Origin: Candidatus Bathyarchaeia archaeon
GTDB lineage: Archaea > Thermoproteota > Bathyarchaeia > Bathyarchaeales > Bathycorpusculaceae
DNA length: 64,000 bases
Reading direction: 5' to 3'
Assembly (NCBI GenBank): GCA_038727135.1
Contig: JAVYWL010000001.1
Location: 704,001-768,000, forward strand
Shown: positions 59,261 to 64,000 of the stretch, one piece after another
Numbering within the stretch: position 1 is the first letter of the stretch
Layout of the letters: every line of letters begins with the position of its first letter
The notes under the pieces: model-generated
Told to the model about the DNA's origin: nothing
The model's input: the letters and a program-made list of their open reading frames with translations, nothing else
The model's database searches: none
Program-made: the position numbers and the translations under genes

Positions 59261-59835
59261 CGTTGGCTATTGAGAATTTCTTTTGCCGCTTCCTTATAAA
59301 CTTCAAAGTCATGCCTACTGTAGAGGACAAGCACCACCTCTTCAAGTTTGTCCTCCTTTTCCAAGAACTCTTTGACTGTTTTTAGGGCTACTTTGCAAGC
59401 TTGCTCTATAGGGTATCCGTAGGCACCTGTGCTTATTGATGGAAAGGCTATTGTCTTCAATCCTTTTGAAACGGCTAGTGCCAAAGAGTTGCGGTAGGCT
59501 TCAGCCAAAAGTTCTGGCTCCCCGCTTTTTCCTCCCCGCCAAATCGGTCCAACAGTGTGGATAACATATTTAGCCTTTAAGTTTCCGCCCGTGGTGATTA
59601 CGGCTTTTCCTGTTGGAAGTCCGTTGGGCCATTCGGTTGCCCTTATACGTTTGCACTCTTCTAGGATTTTTGGTCCGCCCTTTCTATGGATGGCTCCGTC
59701 TACCCCGCCGCCTCCCATGAGGGATGGGTTTGCAGCGTTTACTATGGCGTCTGTTTCCATTTCTGTTATGTCTCCCTGAACTAGGCACAATTTCGCCTTT
59801 CCAATCTGGTATTCGATTTTCTCCGCCATTGCCAA
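59257..59835 (-). CDS. Macro-domain O-acetyl-ADP-ribose deacetylase (MacroD/YmdB type)
   Basis: GDIT, IVNAAN..L.GGGGVDGAIH, IHTVGP, FPSISTGAYGYP. Confidence 0.93.
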   Translation of the reverse strand: MAMAEKIEYQIGKAKLCLVQGDITEMETDAIVNAANPSLMGGGGVDGAIHRKGGPKILEECKRIRATEWPNGLPTGKAVITTGGNLKAKYVIHTVGPIWRGGKSGEPELLAEAYRNSLALAVSKGLKTIAFPSISTGAYGYPIEQACKVALKTVKEFLEKEDKLEEVVLVLYSRHDFEVYKEAAKEILNSQR

Positions 59836-59930
59836 CCCTCATTTATTGTACATGGTTGGCTTAGATTTTTAAATGTTTAAGCTTATCAGCAAGCATCGGC
59901 ATACTAAAATGGCGAGGGAGTGTCAACAAA

Positions 59931-61304
59931 ATGGATTATGGCAGACTGGAAGAATTCATCTTCGAAAAGCTTTCAAGAACTCATCTTCCCGGACTAAGCT
60001 TGGCAATAATTAAAGATAGTGAATTAGCCTATTGCAGAGGTTTTGGCTTCCGCGACTTGGATTATGGCTTGATGGCTACACCGGAAACCCTATACGGCGT
60101 TGGCTCGGTCACGAAGTCTTTTACGGCTTTGTCCATAATGCAGCTTGCTGAGAAAGGGAAACTAAGCCTAGACGACCCTGTTAAGAAGTATGTTCCAATA
60201 GATTTGGAGCCTAAAGGCGGAAAACCCGTTGAAATTTGGCATCTGCTTTGCCATGCTTCTGGTATACCAGCACTTGCCTATGCTGAAGGCTTAATCCGAT
60301 ATATGACTGGGGCTGGCGGCAAATGGGTGCTCATCGCCAGCGCGGAAGACCTTTTCACATTCATGCGGGACGCGAACCATTGGGCTTTGGCAGAGCCGGG
60401 CGAAAGGTGGTTCTATCTTAATGAGGGCTATGTGATTTTGGGCTACATTATCGAAAAGGTTTCCGGCATAAGCTATGACAAGTATGTTAAAGAGAACATA
60501 CTCAAACCCTTAAAGATGGATAGAAGCTTTTTCCGCAGGGAGGATGTGGAGGCAGACGCCAATGTTGCAACCCCATACATAATCACCCGAGACGGAGAGC
60601 TCAAAAAGTCCGTATTTCCTTACGGGATTTACGCGGATGGTGGATTGATAAGCAATGTTGTTGATTTGGCACGCTACATCATTATGTACCTTAACAGAGG
60701 AAGATACGATGGAAACGCTCTTGCCTCTTCAGAGTCCGTTGAGGAGATGGAAAAACCGCGGGTTAAGATGCCGCTTCAAGTTTTCGGCGGAGAATCCTAC
60801 GGTTATGGATTAAGCGTAATCCCGAACTTCTTTGGCTACAAACTCGTTGGACACGGCGGCTCAGTGCTTGTTTATACGGCTTATATAGGCTATGTTCCAG
60901 AAAAACGGGTTGGCGTGGCGCTTTTAGCGAATGGAAGTGGTTATCCGCTATCGCAGATGGGATTGTATGCGCTTGCTCTATTGCTGGACAAAGACCCCGA
61001 CGAGCTTCCCTTCATCAAATACGAGAAAGTCTACGAGTTGTTAAGCGGTTTATACCAGACATACAAAGGGACTATGGACGCCAAGGTCGTGCCTAAAGGC
61101 GGACTTCTCCAAATAGAAATTTGCGACAAATACACCGACATGATAATACCATTAATCCCAGAGGACATTGAAGGCGACGTGAAAAGGTTTTATGCCTTGC
61201 AAGCTGGCGGGAAACTTCCAGTAGAGTTCATTGTTGACGGCGACCGTGTCGAGCTTATTTATGAGCGTTATAGACTGAAAAAAGTGGGCAACCTACCACA
61301 ATAA
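59931..61304 (+). CDS. Beta-lactamase-family serine peptidase (Pab87/CubicO-like)
   Basis: SVTK, YLN and HGG triad motifs plus C-terminal beta domain. Confidence 0.85.
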   Translation: MDYGRLEEFIFEKLSRTHLPGLSLAIIKDSELAYCRGFGFRDLDYGLMATPETLYGVGSVTKSFTALSIMQLAEKGKLSLDDPVKKYVPIDLEPKGGKPVEIWHLLCHASGIPALAYAEGLIRYMTGAGGKWVLIASAEDLFTFMRDANHWALAEPGERWFYLNEGYVILGYIIEKVSGISYDKYVKENILKPLKMDRSFFRREDVEADANVATPYIITRDGELKKSVFPYGIYADGGLISNVVDLARYIIMYLNRGRYDGNALASSESVEEMEKPRVKMPLQVFGGESYGYGLSVIPNFFGYKLVGHGGSVLVYTAYIGYVPEKRVGVALLANGSGYPLSQMGLYALALLLDKDPDELPFIKYEKVYELLSGLYQTYKGTMDAKVVPKGGLLQIEICDKYTDMIIPLIPEDIEGDVKRFYALQAGGKLPVEFIVDGDRVELIYERYRLKKVGNLPQ

Positions 61305-61916
61305 GGCGGAAACAATAAACCATAAGCCAAAAGCCACAAGGACGGCGAAGCAGAAAAGAAAGACCATTGTGAAAACTCTTTCGTTCCAGAAGCGCCTCGA
61401 CTTGAAAACCGTTACAGAAACAAAAGTGTCCCATGCTAAGTCGCATAGCCAATGCACGGTGGCGAAGGCCAACAATCCAGCAGAGCCAAAAATGGAGGCA
61501 TTCCAAATAAGGGCTGCGCCAACGGTTGCCCACCAAATGAAAAAGTATGGGTTTGCGCCGGTCGCAATTAAGCCAGCAATAAATGAGGCGTGTCCGGAGT
61601 GGCTTATCTCGGCTCTGGCTTCCCTTCTAGTTTTAAAGGTTTGGAAGCCCATGTAGATAAGCACAGATCCGCCAACAACGCCGATGGTTTTCTGTACAAA
61701 AGTTGAGGCGAAAAGCCCTGAAAGCCCAAAGTATAAGAGCAAGATTAATGGAAACTCCACAGCTCCATGCCCAAGAGCTATTAAGGCACCGGCAACCTTG
61801 CTCCTATAACCCCTCGCAACAGTTACGGCGAATACTGGTCCGGGCATCATAACTCCTGAAAGGGATATGAAAACCACAGAAGCCAAGAAAAGAGGAAAGT
61901 CTGTTATGGGCTCCAT
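61293..61916 (-). CDS. LysE-family translocator
   Basis: SG...PGP, GH..VE, NPYF..WW. Confidence 0.85.
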   Translation of the reverse strand: MEPITDFPLFLASVVFISLSGVMMPGPVFAVTVARGYRSKVAGALIALGHGAVEFPLILLLYFGLSGLFASTFVQKTIGVVGGSVLIYMGFQTFKTRREARAEISHSGHASFIAGLIATGANPYFFIWWATVGAALIWNASIFGSAGLLAFATVHWLCDLAWDTFVSVTVFKSRRFWNERVFTMVFLFCFAVLVAFGLWFIVSALLW

Positions 61917-61930
61917 AAGCTTTAGCCCAT

Positions 61931-63082
61931 TTAGGCTGAAAGGATCTTCTCTTCTGCCGCTTTAACTCCGCTTCCAAGGCTAACATTGTATCCTAGGTGC
62001 TTCAGCGTTGTTTCTATTGCGGATACTGTGGCGGCTATGTCATTTTGGTTTACGTTTCCCATATGTCCCACCCGAAAGCCTCTCCCTTTTAACGGTCCAA
62101 GGGTTGCGGCAACAACAATTCCGCGGTTTTTCATTTCGCTTCTAAACTGGTTGTCATCTATACCATCTGGATAATAAACGGCCGTAACAGTATTCGCCTC
62201 GTATCCCTTTTCCGCAACGATTTTAAGGCTTAAGGCGGTCATGGCGGCCCTAAACGCTTCAGCCAAAACGTGGTGCCTTCTAAAACGTTTTTCCAATCCC
62301 TCCTCAAGCACAAGCCTCAGAGCTTCATGCAATGCATAAATCATGTTCACTGGCGGAGTTGCAAAATACTTTGTCGGGTCCCTCATAACCGGAAGCCAGT
62401 TCTTAAAGCTTCCATACCACGAGCCGACAGGCGTTTTGCGTCTTTCTAAGTATTGTAAGGCTTTTTGGCTGACAGCCACTAAAGCCAATCCGGGTGGAAC
62501 GCCTATGCATTTCTGTGAGCCGGAGGCGCAAACGTCTATGCCCCAGTCGTCTACGCGGACTTCCATTCCTCCAAGGGAGCAAACAGTGTCAACTATGTAG
62601 AAGGCGTCGCTGTACTTACTCACAACTTCGCCTATTTCCTTTATTGGATTTGCCACTCCAGTTGATGTTTCCACATGAGTAACAGTAACAGCCTTAAACC
62701 CACCATCTTTTAGGGCTTCCCTAACTTGTTCAGGCTTTACAGCCATGCCATAAGGCACTTCTAAAACGTGGGAAGCCGCCCCATAAGCTTTGCATATATC
62801 AACAAAATACTGCCCGAAATACCCCGAAACAGTGTTGAGCACTTTGTCGCCGGGCTCCACAATGTTGGCTATCGCCATTTCTAGTGCTAGAGTTCCGGAA
62901 CCAGCCACCACAAAAACTTCGCCTTCAGTCATGAAAACCCTCCTCAAATTGTTTAGGGCCTCCCTGAATATGGTTGCAAATTCTTGGCTTGTGTGCGACA
63001 ATGGAGGCTTGCACATAGCACGCAAAACTGACGGGGCAACGTTTGTCGGTCCGGGAATCATTAGAAGCTCCCTTTCGAACAT
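61931..63082 (-). CDS. Class V PLP aminotransferase (serine-pyruvate/alanine-glyoxylate type)
   Basis: LMIPGPT, HVETSTGV, VD.V.S.GG, GSQKC, FRVGHMG. Confidence 0.9.
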   Translation of the reverse strand: MFERELLMIPGPTNVAPSVLRAMCKPPLSHTSQEFATIFREALNNLRRVFMTEGEVFVVAGSGTLALEMAIANIVEPGDKVLNTVSGYFGQYFVDICKAYGAASHVLEVPYGMAVKPEQVREALKDGGFKAVTVTHVETSTGVANPIKEIGEVVSKYSDAFYIVDTVCSLGGMEVRVDDWGIDVCASGSQKCIGVPPGLALVAVSQKALQYLERRKTPVGSWYGSFKNWLPVMRDPTKYFATPPVNMIYALHEALRLVLEEGLEKRFRRHHVLAEAFRAAMTALSLKIVAEKGYEANTVTAVYYPDGIDDNQFRSEMKNRGIVVAATLGPLKGRGFRVGHMGNVNQNDIAATVSAIETTLKHLGYNVSLGSGVKAAEEKILSA

Positions 63083-63179
63083 TTGCTTCTTCCCCTATTA
63101 GCCGTTGAATGTGAAATTTAGGTGCTCCAACCTTTATAAATGCTAAAGTCTCTAAACTCTGGAAAGGTGGCACACCATC

Positions 63180-64000
63180 ATGAGCGTAGAATTCATAGGC
63201 GAGATTCCAGCCGAAAAATATTCAACCATAGGCTTGTCACGCGATGACTTTCTATGGTTTTTAAGGAAAATGTGTGAAATGCGAAAATTCGAGGAGCGTG
63301 TTGAAAGGCTGTTCTTTGAAGGACAGCTTATCGGTCCATGCCACCTATATCTTGGGCAAGAGGCGATTGCCGCCGGCATAGTCAAGGCTTTAGACAATGA
63401 AGACTTTATAATTTCCACTTACCGGGGGCATGGGCACGCTATAGCCCGAGGCGTTCCCTTCGAGACTTTGATGGCTGAATTGTTTGGCAGGAGAACTGGC
63501 ACTTGCAAAGGTCTGGGCGGTTCCATGCATTCTGCCACGAGCATAGAGCACAATATACTGCTTGCTTCGGCGATTGTTGGAGGAGGAATACCCATAGCCG
63601 TAGGCGTTGGATTAGCCCTACAATACCAAAAGCGAAAACAGATTGTCGCTGTCTTTTTCGGCGACGGTGCCGTAAACACGGGCGCCTTCCACGAAGCCCT
63701 AAACTTGGCGGCTGTTTGGAAACTTCCAGTCTTGTTTGTTTGCGAAAACAACTTTTACGCCTTTTCAGTTCCTCATAAAAAGTCTTTCGCCGGAGAAAGC
63801 ATAGCTGCTCGCGCCTCATGTTATGGAATGAAAGCCTATTTGGTGGATGGAAACGACGTATTAGCCGTTTACACAAGCGGAAAAGCCGCCGTAGCCCATC
63901 TCCGCAGCGGTGCTGGTCCAGCCTTCATCGAGTGTAGAACATATCGGAAAAAGGGGCACGGCGTCTATGATAAGGCTGAATACCGTCCCAAAGAAGAGGT
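63180..64000 (+). CDS. TPP-dependent 2-oxoacid/acetoin dehydrogenase E1 alpha subunit (runs off window end)
   Basis: Manual translation: HLYLGQEA, TYRGHGH, GGSMH, FGDGA..TG.FHE.LN...CENN. Confidence 0.9.
   Translation, partial: MSVEFIGEIPAEKYSTIGLSRDDFLWFLRKMCEMRKFEERVERLFFEGQLIGPCHLYLGQEAIAAGIVKALDNEDFIISTYRGHGHAIARGVPFETLMAELFGRRTGTCKGLGGSMHSATSIEHNILLASAIVGGGIPIAVGVGLALQYQKRKQIVAVFFGDGAVNTGAFHEALNLAAVWKLPVLFVCENNFYAFSVPHKKSFAGESIAARASCYGMKAYLVDGNDVLAVYTSGKAAVAHLRSGAGPAFIECRTYRKKGHGVYDKAEYRPKEE

Overview
Archaeal core-genome window, densely coding, with no CRISPR array, rRNA, tRNA or transposase recognised. The content points to a TACK archaeon, most plausibly Bathyarchaeia (inference): PolB1-type polymerase, Topo VI, two thermosome subunits, CarS, aglB-aglH, KEOPS Cgi121, a TackOD1-type protein and DC2/OSTC- and PAC4-like proteins. 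It carries a type IV pilus locus, Moco genes, DNA repair and topology genes, translation and tRNA-modification genes, and a histidine-utilisation operon ending in glutamate formiminotransferase. The most interesting signals are missing from the ORF track. (1) The queT 5' leader has two mutually exclusive folds, one a pseudoknot that sequesters the Shine-Dalgarno sequence, making it a candidate archaeal preQ-type riboswitch. (2) A separately punctuated 24-aa (EEEEW)4 microprotein with a perfect SD lies upstream of ABCE1. (3) A double K-turn box C/D sRNA candidate complementary to 16S helix 34 lies in front of a THUMP gene. (4) An unannotated eL41/eS32 gene and an asparaginase appear to start at non-canonical ATC and ACG codons. 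A eukaryote-like OST subunit (DC2/OSTC) near aglB and a RNase H-fold/Clp1 kinase fusion are also notable. All family calls rest on recognised motifs and remembered consensus sequences; no database searches were run.
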